NCBI RefSeq assembly: GCF_009914755.1
Contig: NC_060936.1
Length of the DNA stretch: 64,000 nucleotides
Source: the human T2T-CHM13v2.0 reference genome, Homo sapiens
Direction: 5' to 3' (one strand)
In this document: positions 16,721 through 32,310 of the stretch, piece after piece
Numbering within the stretch: the stretch's first letter is position 1
Layout of the letters: each line of letters begins with the position of its first letter
Notes under the pieces: model-generated
The model's input: only the letters and a program-made list of their open reading frames with translations
The model's database searches: none
What the model was told of the DNA's origin: nothing
Translations under genes and position numbers: made by a program

Positions 16721-18784
16721 GTAAAGCCATGAAATGCTATCCAAATGTCCAGCATTACAGGTTGCCAAGGATGCTCATGAATACCAGTAAGAACCAAACA
16801 AACAATTGCCTCATCTCTGAACAATTTTCCACAAACTGACAAGTCCGACTCAGGAGCTGATAGCAATAGATAAATCATCCACTCATGAACAGTTAAACTG
16901 AATAAGTAAAATTTTGCTCCCAGTAAGGCTTCAGAAGGGCACAGTGAAGGGCACATTGATGATCAACTCTGAAGATACCACCAGAGGGGGGTGGGAGCTC
17001 TGAGAAAACAGAAGTAAGGCATCTTAGGAGGCCCAGAACTTTTCAAAACAGGGTGGGCAGATTTTTTTAAAAAATCAAAGCTACCAAAGAATATGCCACA
17101 GAGAGGATCAATGAACAAGTCTTTTACCGTGGTAGTTAAGCAAAATAATAACCGAGGAAGATCAACGAAGGCTAAAAACCTCTGCCAAATTGTTATTCAA
17201 TATCCAATGGGATGATTCAGAACATTTTTTTCCAAGCAAAACATAAAAAATTCCCCCCCCTTTTTTTTGTATACAATAAAATGTCCCCTTTCCAACTCAT
17301 ATGCAAATTCAGTAGAATTCTCTCTGGCTACAGGGAGTGAAACATAATCAAATTATGGAAGTGCTGTTGCTAAATGCCTGGGCAGATTTCAGACCTCATT
17401 CTTTGCATTTCAATTGCACACTACTAAAGCTTATGACAACTGAAGGAAATTGATCACCAGGTAGACATAACTCAGGATCTCCGGGAGCAAGGACTATATT
17501 ACTAGGAGCCAAATCTGAATTCTTGGCTCCCAGTAATACAATTCTTGCCATTAAAATACCTTGGGATTAGTTCTGGCTTTGTGGTTAATTACTGGTTAAT
17601 TTTGGTAAATAACCTCTTCAGACTGCAGTTTCTTTTGCCCTAAAGGAAAATGGTTGGATAAGTCCCTTTTCAGTCCCAATGTCCTAGAAATGTCTGTGAA
17701 GGAGGCTTTGAATAGAGAAGTTGTGGCTATCACATTTTCAGGAAGTTGGCAGTTCAAGGATATGATGCTATAGGAATGGAGAGAGTGGGCTTGACAAAGA
17801 GCAGTTGACTTTCAGAAAAATAGAAGATGACAATTAGGGAAAATCTAGGGAGAGACAGGCTGAAAGAAACTGGACAGCTGAGCAATCAGACAGAACCTGA
17901 TAGGCTTGTGCATACATGAGGAGAGCTGGAGAAACCCGGAGAGCCAGTAGGCTGTATGGAGTAGTAAAATTAAGTCATTTCTACCAGGAGAGTCCAGAAT
18001 ACCAACAAGTTAGGGTTCACGTGGCTGTAGTTTTCATCTTAAGTCAAGTAAAGAATAGGAAGCCTAGGCAGAAAACAACAACAACAACAAGAAAACATAT
18101 AAATAGACCAGTAGTGAACGAGGGCAACAAAGAATGTGAACTAGAGAAAGACACAAACCAAAAGGAATCTTCATCAAAACACCACCTTGTCATTAGCTAT
18201 TTAGGGAAGCATTTAAACTCAACCACTTAAAAGACAGAAAACCAACTTTGTTGAGATATTCCTCAATTACTTAGTTGATATCATCGTGAAAAAGAGATGA
18301 TACAACATAGGAATTGACTCATTAAATGATACAATATCATTTAGCAAGTGAGAACAGCTGCAGTCTCATTAGCCAGAGTGATTTCTGTGATGTAATTAAT
18401 ACTCTCTTGCTCATAGGAATTAAAATGTACTGGTGTAGTTGCAGAGTTGTTTTTTGAGTGTTTGAAGTGACTCTGGAGTTCAAGGGCTCATTGCTTAGCC
18501 ATCAACAAGGATAAATTGAGGATATGGGGCAAAAAGTAAAGATGTGACATTTCCAATTTCCCATTCTTAGAAAGCTTATCATTCAACATGAAGACAAAAA
18601 CTGATGGCTCTAAAGGCAACATAAATATTTAACAGAAAATTAGTGACTATGGAATATATAAGGACAACCCATGTTCTGATGACTTTCAAAGACATTTCTG
18701 CCCATTACTTTAGTCATATTATTTTTCTGTGGAGAAAGCAAATTTGCAATACAGTTACTTACCTTTAAAGGTTGAGTTGACTGC

Positions 18785-18825
18785 TTATTGCTTTTGTGAC
18801 TCAGATGTCTTCTTTTTCTTAGACC
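18785..18825 (-). CDS. LMNTD1: LMNTD1 last coding segment (probably exon 9; whole exon 18763-18825, 63 bp, with 22 nt of 3' UTR)
   Basis: Acceptor ttttttaattttcAG|GG. Encodes (G)SKKKKTSESQKQ with TAA at 18787-18785. Strong donor AAG|GTAAGT at 18762. Phase matches the previous exon. Confidence 0.88.
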
Positions 18826-21800
18826 CTGAAAATTAAAAAAAATAATTAAAAAAAGGAGAGAGGCTAGGTAGGGAAGGGCAAGAGTTCAGTCCAGTATTCC
18901 AAGTATTGATTTTTCCATGTTAAAACAAATCCTGGAATAAGCTAACAACAAAAGGATTTTCTTTCACTTGAAGAAGAAATTTGTGGCTTCAGGATAGTAT
19001 TTAGGGGAGACTTGAACAAAGTGGTTTAAAAACCACCTGAAAAGTATTATTTGATTCTTATGAAGTTCAAGTTTCCAATGAATCATTCTAAAAGGAAGCA
19101 TATATTTCAGGACATAATTAGTCAAAATTTTGGGACACAAAATATCCATCTGGAAGATATATTTTTTAAAATGGAGGTTTGCAGAATAATTTTACCAGCC
19201 TGTAAAATTCCTCAAATGCTTTCTATATGTAGAACTGCCATAACGACAAAGTAGCTAGGGGAGGGAGGTCCGGCAATTGGCTGCATCAGGAGGGATGTGA
19301 CAGAAGGGGATGATGCTTCGCCTGCTATGTCAGTCAACTCCAGCCTGGTGATGAATGAGGTGACAGATATGGTGGCCTTCCTTACTCTCATCTACTTAAG
19401 CAGGAATTGAAAGTCACTTTGTTTAAATATAATTTCCAGATATGAAGCAAGTGTATCAAACTAAAATAGTGTTGAATTGAATGATACCAAGTACAAATTA
19501 CTTCTAGACCAAAGATGAGTGTTATTTTTATTCCTGTAAAACAAAAGAGAAGAAAACGAAATAATACCTAGGTGTAGACGATAATGAGCTCCTTTGGAAA
19601 AAAACAAAATAAAACAGGAAAATATCCTCAGTCATACCTAAGCCTTTCTTTTTCCATGCAAGCTCAGAAGAATTATCAAGTTAAATTGCTGGTATTTTAT
19701 TACAGAGAAACAATATCCAAAGCTGGAAGTGAAAATGTGATCTACAAGGAAGATTAACAAAAATGAAGAGTGTTTCTGATTATCACGGTAATTTTCTTAG
19801 CCACAAATAGGATTCTGAATCTAAAGAATCAGGATGCTGTTTGGCACATCACAGTATAAACTTGCTAAATAGTAAGTTATGAACCTAGAATATAAATAGG
19901 CTTCTAAGATATTTTCCTTACTATAAGCAGTGGCTTAGATATAAGAAGACTCTGGCTAATCTTCTAGAGCAGTTTGTTGGCATGAAATAGACCTTGTAAA
20001 TATTTTATGTATGTCCTTCCAGACTGACTAATCTAAGAACAAAGGTTTTCAATTGTACCCTGAAAGTTTATCCTCAAGAAATGGTGTACTCTATATTTTA
20101 GAGCTACAAACATCTGTAGAAAATTCCCATCTACAAGTTTTTGAAATTGAATGACAGGACTGTCAGTAGTGGTGGTGTCTGTCTGTTTCCATGTCAGTGG
20201 GTAATGGCAATTTTGGGTTTTTTTTTGAGCCTCAAGCATTTAGCACCTAGTAACTTTAATCTAAATCCCCTGAATTTCTGAAATCATATTTTTTACTTGT
20301 GTAAAGAAATGGACATCTATTTCTGTAAAGAAGGTTACAATCTTTCATAACTAAAGGACAATTTAAAACACTTGTTTTGTAATATTGAAATGTTTTGAAA
20401 TAAAATATCTGGTCATAATGTTACCTAATTATTCTGTTACTAAGACTAATACCTTGGAATTCATTATTCAGCCATTAAAGAAACGTTTATTTCAATTGTA
20501 AGAAGCAGCACATAAACTGTTCTTACTTGTCTATTCTTTTTTTAAAAAGTCCTGCAGAAATATGGTGACTTTTTAATCTAAATTTTCTGAAAGTAAGCAA
20601 GGGAAGAGAAAAATTATTACTTTTGAATATACGATGCAGTAAAATTTTCCTTTATATAAAAGTTTCTTTTGGAAAAATTATTTGATAATAGAATATGCAC
20701 AGGACCCGTTAGTATTTTGCAATGTTCCTTCAAATTATTGTTTTCTACTCAGTCTGATGATAAGTGGTCCAATACAGTAATGAGTTTTTTCTATCCCTCT
20801 GGATAGTCAGTTTTTTTCATTTAACATTTTTTATACATTAACTCATATAATTTCTAGTTATGTCATTGACTAATTTAGCCATATATGTTTATATGTATAT
20901 AATATTGACTAATACTCTGCCTATTCACAGAAACGTCATGTTATTCCAAATTCCTAGTCTGACAAATTTAAACCATGCAATACATGCAAACATCAATAAA
21001 CAGAACAGACACTAATCTGAGGAATATATAAGGAAAAACTCAAAAATCTCAAACTTGTATTGGAGGCAATTTCTTATGGGAAAAATATACTTTGATCCTA
21101 AGACAGATAAGTCAGATCTATTAAATTATAATGAGCCCACAGTCCAGCTTAAGTAAAATTCTATAGATATGATCTTAATGTGGAGCTCACATTGATGAGA
21201 TTTTAAGTGTTTCATTCCTGCGTAAGGTTATCTATGTTCTGCTTTTATTTATTTTCTAGCAGTTAGTTTTTCACAGTGTGGCTTTGCCACACTCAGAAAC
21301 AAAGGAGCATCATCATTATTATTACTATGATAACATTTACATAGAAGACAGTAGCAGGTGCAGAGTCCACAATTAAGATGAATTCCACTGCAGTATATGA
21401 GATGGATTGCAGAAGACAGGCAAAGCGCATTCAACCATGAACAAATAAAGTACATTAAACTGAATATGCTCACAATATCAACTCGAAACAATGCAAAATA
21501 CTATCTTCAGACTAGTTTCTGTCATTTAACTTGAATTACAGAAGAACGCTGGCAAAATTGTCGATAATCTACAAGCTAATCAGAGCAAGAAGAAAGCACA
21601 TTCTCTCTAGGTGTAGGATGAATAATGGCAACACAATGTAAACTTATCTGCTGTGTTAAAGGGCCGTTAGCCTTCATTCTGACGACTCCTTCGTGCTGTA
21701 CTCAGGGCCTTGCCTTTGTGCTCTAACAGCTCCTGGTACATACTAGATTCTATCAAAAAATTGGTCTTATTTATTTTACTATTTCAAATTTTTATTGTGA

Positions 21801-21839
21801 AAAATTTAAACATACAGAAAATGTTAATGAATAATATAA

Positions 21840-22199
<360 letters not shown>

Positions 22200-24128
22200 A
22201 CATTATATCTATATATGCCTACATGACCAGACCATTAGAGAGTAAGATTTCAGTATGAATCTCCTAAGAACAACTAACATAACCACAACACAATTAACAC
22301 ACCTAAGAAAAGCACAATGACTCAATGTCTAATATTCATTCTGTATTCAAATTCACCTAATTATCTTAAAAAATGTCTGTTCTGGCTGTGATTTTTGTTT
22401 TCTTTTTAACCAATAGCCTATTAAGGGAAACTAAATCTTGAAATGGTAGCTTAATTCTATGGGCCATCTGGCTCAGACACAGATCCAACTTAAAAATGGC
22501 ATAAACAAAAGTATTTCTCTCTCATTTAACAGTCTGGACATGTGCCAGTACAGGGCACTTTGGGTGGCTCTTCCATCCTCAGCTCATGGCTTCATCTCTC
22601 AGTTGAAATGTGGCAGCTCTAGCCCCATGGTCATGCCATAGAGAAGGCACAGGGGAGCACACACTCCCAGGGCATGATCCAGATGTTGTAGATACAAGTT
22701 CTGTTCACATTCCATTATATAGGATGTTGACACATAATCCTACTATTTGCAGCAGAGGCTGAGAAAAACAGTTCTTATTATTGATGGCCATGTGTCTAAA
22801 TTTCCCTGGACCTGTGAATCTTGTGTATAAAGGAAGAATATTTTAAGGGCTGCAATTAGCTTTCTCTGCTATGAGGTATTTCTGGAAATGACTGAGCTAT
22901 GACAAACTATATTAAAATTAATTCCCAAGACACTGCAACATAATGATGGGTTTAAGCTTATTAATGGTTAAGACTGTTTTTCTCTTACACTGAATAAGCT
23001 TCATGTTATTAATATTCATTTTGAGTTCATCAACGTGTTTTTTTTTTTAGATTTTCTTTGTCCCTCCTTGTCAGTATATAAGCTGTCCATGCTCATTAAT
23101 GGAACCATGCTTTCTTCCCTTACCAGTTTTTATTGTTAAGTTTTTTAAAATAAAATGTATTTAAGTATTAATATACATGAAGGAAAGTTCACAAATCATA
23201 ATTTACAGCATGGTGAAGCCAGTAAAACATACTTGTAAACACCACTTGGATCAAGAAATGGAACATGTCAGTGTTCTAGAAGCATTTTTGGTAACCTCTA
23301 AATATTACTCCTTTCTTCTCCCAAAGATAACGATTATTCTGACCTTTGACACCATGGTTCAATATTGTATGTTTTTTAATTTTATATACGCAAAAATCAT
23401 TCAATACACATTCCTTTTTGTCTGACATTTCTTGTTCAATAGTATGCTTATGAGATTCACTGATATTATTGCATGTAGCAGTAGTTCATTCATTTTCATT
23501 GCCTATGGGATTGTATGAACACAGTATAATTTATTTATCCATTAAATAATTGATGAACACCTGGATTGCTTCTAGTTCTTGGCTACTACAAATACAGTCA
23601 CTCAGACCATTATTGTATGTATATTTTGGTGCACATATGTATATATTTGTTAAATATATATAGTTCTTGGGAATGAAATTGCTGGTTTATGGGGTAATTA
23701 GTATGTGTATATTCATTTTTCTTGCCTTATTTCACGCAGACTTCTAGTACAATGTTGAATAGAAGTCATCATAAAGAGAATTCTTGTCTTGCTCAGGACC
23801 TCAAGGAAAAATCTTTCGCCACTGCACCTACTTCACCGTTAAGTATGATATCGTTTGCTTTAGGAGTTTTGCAAATATCATTCGTCAGATTAAGAAAATT
23901 CTTTCTAGTCCTAATATTCTAAGGTTCTCTTGTGGGTATGGAGTGAATATTTTATCAAATGCTTTTATTATTGAGGTGATTATATAATTTTCCTCTTTAT
24001 AACCAGCCTTGCATTCCTGAAATAAACCCAATTTCTTGGTGATATATTATCCCTAAATATCCCATGTATCAAAGAAGATATTACGTTGGAAATTATATAT
24101 GTTTAACTGAATTATAATGAAAGTATGA

Positions 24129-24492
<364 letters not shown>

Positions 24493-24597
24493 TAAAATCT
24501 AATATAAGTTGCTATTTTTACAACCTATTGGAAAAACAGAAAATTTAGAGAACTTTAACTCCATTTAGTCCTCTCCCAACTTTTGTTCTATTTCTGT

Positions 24598-25053
24598 TGT
24601 AATGGATTGAATTGTGTCTCCCTAAAAGATGTGTCCTAACCCTTGGAACGTGCGAACATGACTTTATTTGGACATAGGGTATTCGGAGATGTAATAAAAT
24701 TAAGATGAGGTCCTGGTGGATTAGTATAGGCCCTAACCCAGTGACTGACATTCTTATAAAGAAGAGAGAAATTGGACACAGACACACAGGAAGTTAAGGC
24801 CATATGAAGACAGAGGCAGAAATTACAGCGATGGATCAACAAGCCAAGGAGTATCAAGGAATGCCGGCAATGACTAGAAACTAAGAAGATGCAAGGAAAG
24901 ATAATTTTCTAAAGTCTTCAAAGTGAGCATGGCCTTGCCAACACCTTGCTTTTAGACTTCTGCCTCAGTATTGTGAGAGAATAAATTTCTATTGTTTTAA
25001 GACATCAAGTTTGTGGTGCTTTGTGAAGGTAGCCCTCCCTAGGAAACTATACA
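24598..25053 (+). mobile_element. MaLR LTR (MLT1B/C-like)
   Basis: TGTAATGGATTGAATTGTGTCTCCC...GAGAATAAATTTCTATTGTTTTAAG...GGAAACTATACA. Confidence 0.88.
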
Positions 25054-25819
25054 GTTGTCATGTATTTAAATTCTATCTAAATTTAAAACCCTGTAAGACA
25101 ACATCGGTATTATTTTGTGTAGTAAACATTTATGTTTGTTCATGTTTTGATTGTTTCCAATTTTTTTTTACTTCTCTCTATAGCTCTGCGCATTCATGTG
25201 GGATAATTTTCTTTCTATTTGAAGTATTTCCTTAGTGTGGATTTGCCATTAATGAATCCTTCCAGTTTTTTTTTTTTGTCAGAAAATGTCCTTATTTTAC
25301 CTTCACCCTTTCAGTTATATTTTTCCTCAATATAGAACTCAGGATTAGAAGTTCTGCTAGCACATTGAGGCTATCATTCCATTATCTTATGACTTCCATA
25401 TTTTGTTTTCTGAAGTTTTATTATGATGTACATAGATGTGGTTTCCTTTGTATTTATGCTGCTTGGGATTTATTATTATTCTTAATTCTATGGCTTGATG
25501 TCTTTGTATCAGTTTTTGAGAATTTTTGCCATTATTTATTTAAATATTGTTTCTGTCCCAACCTCTCCATCATCTCCTTTTGGGATTCAAATTACAACTC
25601 TACTAGACTTACTTGTGCTCAGTCTTTCTCTCTAATCTTTTTTTGTTGTTCCTTTCTTTCCTTATCCTTTGCTTCCTTACTGCTTATTTTTTTCTAGATT
25701 TGGGGATATTTTGTATTCCATTTTATTTTTTATATTCCTTCTAAAATTCTCATTAAAATACCAGTCTAACTCTATGAGATGTCATTTAAAAATCTTCGGT
25801 GTCTCTTTTTCAGTCTGTC

Positions 25820-26600
25820 CTTCAGTATACACATATTAACTCCTATGTGTCATGTACTGAGTTTGGTGCAAGTGACAAAAAGACAAGCAAAATAAAAGCA
25901 ATTTAACACTTATAGTCCAGAGATAAAAGAGAATTTACAATACAGTGCAATAAATGCTTTGCTTGGTGAGTGTAAGATATTACTGAGAACACATATTAGG
26001 AGCAAAAAACTCATTTGGTGGGGACCAGAGAGGGGTTCTTTGGAGATAGTGACATATAAGTGAAACGTTAAGGATGAAAAAGAATTATCCATGAAAAGAG
26101 GAGGGGTGAAAGAATGTGTGAAGGCCTGGAGGTAGTCAGGGTGTGTTTGAAGAACTGAAAGAACTTCAAGATGATTAAAGCATAGAATGCAAGAAGGAGA
26201 ATGTGTGATGAGATAGGACAGCCCTGGCTCAAAGATACTTAAACAATTTTATGGATTTGGACTCCACCATGAGGGCAATGGGGAGAAAATGAAGATTTTT
26301 AAGTAAGAGAAGAAATGTTTAGGATACCTAAACAAGATTGATTATACTTGGGAGTTGAGGAAGGAAAAGGAGTAGAGAAAGACCGTTAGGATACCTCAGG
26401 TTTCTGAATGGCATTCACTTATATAAGGAAAATCAGTGGAATGACAGACTTTGAAGGAAAGACAATGATGAGTTGTTCTGAACATTCTGAGAATGAGACA
26501 CTTGTAGGGCATCCAACTAGAGATTATAAGTAATTAGCCTCATAAATCAGAAGTTCAGAATAGAATGTTGGGCTGGAGATAAAGAGTTTGGAATCTTTCC
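25820..26600 (-). mobile_element. L2 relic
   Basis: Purine-rich L2-type text (gtgtgaaggcctggaggtag...ttgaagaactgaaagaac...gggcaatggggagaaaatgaagatttttaag...gggctggagataaagagtttggaat). Confidence 0.65.
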
Positions 26601-28388
26601 TACTCCATTTCATTTTTCACATTGCTTTTAAAATTCTCTTTTAAACACAGATCTAACTATATGAGACTATTAACTATAACTATTAACTATTAACTATAAC
26701 ACCTATTTAAAATCCAATTGTTGCCTCCTCAGTATTTTCATAATACAGTTGAAACTCTAACATGGTGGTGTACAAATACCTCTAACATCTAGTCCTTACC
26801 AAACTTTCTGGACTAACACCTCAATTTCTACTTATATTTCAGTCGGATACAATTTCTGTCTGTTCACTGAACCCAAAGTTTATTCTTGCCTCCTTGTGCT
26901 TTTAATATGTACTGTTTCTTCTACTCAGAATGCTTTGCCCCCCCTCTTTTCAACCTGAATAACTCCTATTCGACCTTCAATACCTTAGTTCCAATGCTAT
27001 CTCCCCTGAGCCTTTTCCATTGCTCTCGTCTTTTCATAAATATTTCTAAAGCAATGTTTCTTAAACAGCAAATCTTTCCCTCTCTATTGGTTATGAAATA
27101 AATTTAGAAGGTCATGGCAAGTATTTTAAAATGAAATAAAAGAGTAGGAAATATCAGAATCTGTCATACTTAGAAAAATCAGTATTGTCTTTTGCAACAT
27201 TTGCTTTGGTTATATAGGTTTGAAATACATATTTGCAGCTACAGCTGAGTTTTTTGAGCTTCAACAGTTGACAGTGGAAAAATGTTTGAATTTGAAGTTA
27301 GATTTGCATTAAGCAGCAAAAAACGAGACAATAGCAAAAAGAAAAAATATCCCTAGTTCATGGATGTTGCTTTAGGGAGCAAAGGAGGGGAATAGGACTA
27401 GGACTAGAAAAAGAAATCTAGGAGACGTTTGACATGTAATGCTTATTTTAAAAAATAATTAATGCAAATACGACAATGTATTAATATTTTTCATTTGGGG
27501 AAGTGGGTAGAGAAGTGTCTTTTTTGTTCTTTACGTATTTTATAACATTAAAAAAAGATTCAAAAGCGGAAAATTTTCTAGCTCCATCACTTACTAAATT
27601 CTTATTTGTGAAGTCGAAATAATAGTGGAATTTATAAGGAGGTGAAAATGTTTCCTCTTGACATCTGCTGTCAAATTCCTCTTAGGATAGGGGGAGGATA
27701 CCTTACCAGGCTTTTGGTAGAAGGTATGGTGACTCCTGAAGCTATGGGAGTGAGAGCTTCTGAAAGAGACAAAGAGGGCAATTATGGCAAGAGCTTTGGT
27801 AGTGCATGGGGTAAGGGGCCAAGGGTAATCCCTCTTGGGGCCAGTTGAAAGGATTCTTAGGAGAATCTACTCACAATTTTTTTTTTATGGGGGGGGGCTT
27901 TAATGAAACCTCTTCTCATGACTCCCAAAACATCAGAAACATTTATTGCCCATGAGTGGTTTCTGGCATTTTAGTTTGTTGTGAACACCGAGGGGCAGGA
28001 TGAGTGTCACATCGTATTTAATCCTTTAATAATCCATAGCCACAAACTTAGCTAGAGGCCCTGTGCATTTGATCTGTATTATACTGAATAAAATTCCTAA
28101 CCGCCTACATTGTAGAATTCAGAACATTCCCCCAAATTTGTGCTAATTCCCACAGGAACAAATTCTCAGCAAAATGAATGCTCAGTGGTGACTTTCAGCA
28201 CATCTTCCACTAAGATGCATCCCGATTAAAAATATGAATAAGACAAAGTTGGCCATGCTCATTGGAACTATCTCGCATTATTGCCAATGCAATAATGCAA
28301 GAACACGATATAAATTTATAAGCATTGGAAAGAAAGGATGTCATTTGTACACAATTACACAATACAGAGGGGAAAAAACAACCCATGT

Positions 28389-28692
28389 GGCCAGGCACAG
28401 TGGCTCATGCCTGTAATCCCAGCACTTTGGAGGGCCAACACTTGAGGTCAGGAATTTGAGACCAGCCTGGCCAACATGGCAAAGCCCTGTCTGTACTAAA
28501 AATACAAAAATTAGCTGGGTGTGGTGGCGTACACCTGTGATTTCAGCTACTCGGGAGGCTGAGGCACGAGAATCACTGGAACTAGGGAAGCAAAAGTTGC
28601 AGTGAGCTGATACCGTGCTACTGCACTCCAGCTACAGTGAGAGAGTCAGACTCTGCTTCAAAAACAAGCAAGCAAACAAACAAGCAAACAAA
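28389..28692 (+). mobile_element. Diverged Alu (J/S) with a (CAAA/CAAG)n tail
   Basis: Starts GGCCAGGCACAGTGGCTCATG. AACCCATG is repeated on both sides as a TSD remnant. Confidence 0.92.
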
Positions 28693-29442
28693 CCCATGAG
28701 ACTACAAGCTATCAAAACTAAAAAGTTCAGAAAATTTGTTGAAACAAAAGCAATATACAAAGATAATTTTCCTCTTCTTTAAAAAAGTGAAAAAAAGTTA
28801 TAGAAAGAGATAGCATTTTCAAAAGCAGTAGCAACAATAATAACAAATCAATACACCTGCCTGGGTGAGAAATCTACAAACGATATACAAGAATTTTATG
28901 GAAAAAAATGAGAAAATATCAATGAAAGCCATGAAAGAAATCTGAATGAACTGACAATTGATTTCATATACCATGACTCAGTATCATAAAGGTATCAACT
29001 CTCAACATGACCTTTAAAATTCTTACCATTTTAATCACACTACCAACAAGATGGTTTTTCTATGTGAAACTTGATAAAAATGATTCTTGTAAAGAGGAGT
29101 AAAAAGTTTAAGAAAAGCCAAATCACACTGAAAGGGAAGAGCAAGAAGAGAGCAAAAGAATGATTACGTACCAATAACAACAGGAACAGTGTTATTGGCA
29201 CAGTGATAGATCAATAGAACAGTCTAGGGAGCACAGACCCAGACCCAAGCATAGGAGGGAGGTGGTACTAGAAATCAGTGTGCACGTGATGGACACACTC
29301 TCTGGTGTTGAGACAAATGGTTTTCCATATCGAAGAAATCTGAGGTCACTATTTCATACCATACATAAAAACAACTTCAAATATATTAAAGACATATACA
29401 AAAAGCAAATTGGAAAAACTATCATAAATAAATATAAACACA

Positions 29443-29750
29443 CAACGTTCTCACTTATTTGTAGGATCTAAAAAGTAAAACAATTGAACTCATGGACATA
29501 CAGAGTAGAAGGATGGTTGCCAGAGGCTGGGAAGGGTAGTGGGGGATTTGCGGGGCGGGGAGGTAAGGATGGTTAATGGATACAAAAAAAAAAAGAAAGA
29601 ATGAATAAGACCTACTATTTGATAGTACAATAGGGTGACTACAGTCAATAATAACTTAATTGTACATTTTAAACTAACTTGAAGGGTGTAATTGGATTGT
29701 TTGTAACTCAGAGGATAAATGCTTGAGGGAACGGATACTCCCCAAAAATT
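29443..29750 (+). mobile_element. L1MA 3'-end fragment with TSD, nested in an older L1M
   Basis: Reads gttctcacttatttgtaggatctaaaaag...ggatactcccc. Flanked by AATAAATATAA(A/G)CACA at 29427-29442 and 29751-29766. Confidence 0.85.
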
Positions 29751-31706
29751 AATAAATATAAGCACATAATTTTATTATTATAAGAATTATTATGAGATAG
29801 GGAAAGATTTTTTATTTTTTTACATATGAAAATATGCACAACACCACTATTAAAGAAGAACTTCACATTAAGATAATGAGTTACTAGTTAATGTCCATCA
29901 GATTGGCACATAATTTAAGATTCTGGCAATATAAAGTTAGGTGAGAATAAGGGGAATGGGAAATATTTTACTATGTTGGTGGGAGTATAAATTAGCAAAA
30001 TTCTTCCTAGAGCAGTTGAGCAAAATCTAATAAAGTTGAAGATACAGGTACCATACAACTGAATAAGTACATGTAGGAATTTTAGAAGATTTTAAAAGTT
30101 TAGGTATGAACCCCAAAGGAACCTTTGTATGTATGCACAAGTAGACTTGCACAAGGATAATCATTGCCGTAGACATAACATTTTCTTGGATGCATTCAAA
30201 GACTTGGTAAATTTTTTTTTTAAGTAAAAAAGAAAATTAAAATATTTAAAAATTTTTTCATCTACATTATTGACGAGAAAAACATTAATAGGGGAATAAA
30301 CAAGATACAGTAAATTTGTATAATAAAATACTACATAATGGTTAAAGTGACTGAATTAGGTCTCTCTATATTACTATAGTTAAATCCCCCAAATTACAGT
30401 AAGTCAAAAAGAGCTGGCACATTTAGCATGATGCCATTTATGTAAATTAAAAACACACAAATTATTTTAAATATATATGTATGGATCCATATGCATGTAA
30501 ACAAAGTATAAAATGAGAACCAGAATGATTTATTCCAATATCAGATCAGAACTGCAAATACAATTAAAGGGAACTTCAAATTTATGAATTTTTCTTTTTG
30601 GTAATGTGAAACAATACAATAAAATATTAACATGCATTCATTCTGCATGATTAATATATGGGTGCTTTTAACATTATACTTGCTGTATTTTAACATGTTT
30701 TTAAAAACAAAATGTGTTCAGCATAAGTTGGAAATACAGTGTGTAGATGTTTCTTTAAAATTATCCTATTTATTAGTCTCTAGCCTCCTCTGTGGCATAT
30801 TTGAGAGACACAGTTTAAAACAAGGCAACCATTTTCAGATAGAAGATAGATTTCTTTCTATCTAAGATTCTTCTGTAACTCAGCAAACTAGCCTATTTAT
30901 TATTTTAGGGTAAATGGAGCAGGATTAAACAACTTCCAAGTATAATTACTTTTTGTTTTGTCTGTTTTTTTTCTTTGCCAGCTATTAAGTGTGTGCTAAT
31001 GGTGGCAAATTTTCCAGTAGCAGGCAAATTAAAAAGATAGTGGATAATTAACAAACCATGTAACTTTCCCTTGAAGAATCATGTTACAAATCCTTTCAAG
31101 GAGATGAACTGGTAATTCAGGGATTACTTGATTCAATCAATCAGCAACCAATCATTCATAACATCTGTTTCTTTGTGGCCATCTTTTGTAGTAGAAATCA
31201 AAGAAAAAATCGTACAATTCTGATGTATATCTGTTCATACTGAAAATTAAGTGAATGGAAAAAAAAGTTATGTAACAATGTATAAAGACTGTAGAGGTAT
31301 CAAAGCAACTATTTTTGAATTACTACTACAAAATATGCACATACGGTGAAGTGCTTTGTGTTGAATAGCAAATGTTATTGAATAATCAAGATGAGTTGCC
31401 ACCATCATATTATAGAAAAGTGCCTCAAAAATTTTGAAATCAAATTAGTCTGGAAAATAAGTTGTTCTGAATAAGTAAACTAGTGAAGATGATCATTAAT
31501 TAAAGAAAAACATAAATTAATGTATTTCTTGAAAGCCTCAAATTTAAGTCATAAAGTACTAAAGATTATAAAGGGCTAAAGTTGCTTACATCTATCTAAT
31601 ATATCTATATCTATATCTAAAGTTCACACACATGCACAGAGTTTATTGCTAAAGAGACCTTCAATTTCAGAACCATATCTTTACAGATGAGGAAACTCAG
31701 ACATAG

Positions 31707-32310
<604 letters not shown>

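Larger units (their letters stand above)
28215..30700 (+). mobile_element. Highly diverged L1M (L1ME-like) ORF2/3' region, interrupted by an Alu and an L1MA
   Basis: A-rich + strand with degenerate ORF2 landmarks (gcatcccgattaaaa...tgcaataatgcaag, tattggcacagtgatagatcaatagaac, tgttggtgggagtataaattag). Boundaries approximate. Confidence 0.65.

Noticed and set aside
18785-18825. Resemblance of the KKKK tail to the KRAS4B polybasic tail (neighbouring gene)
   Set aside because: Low-complexity similarity only, with no CaaX and no evidence of homology.
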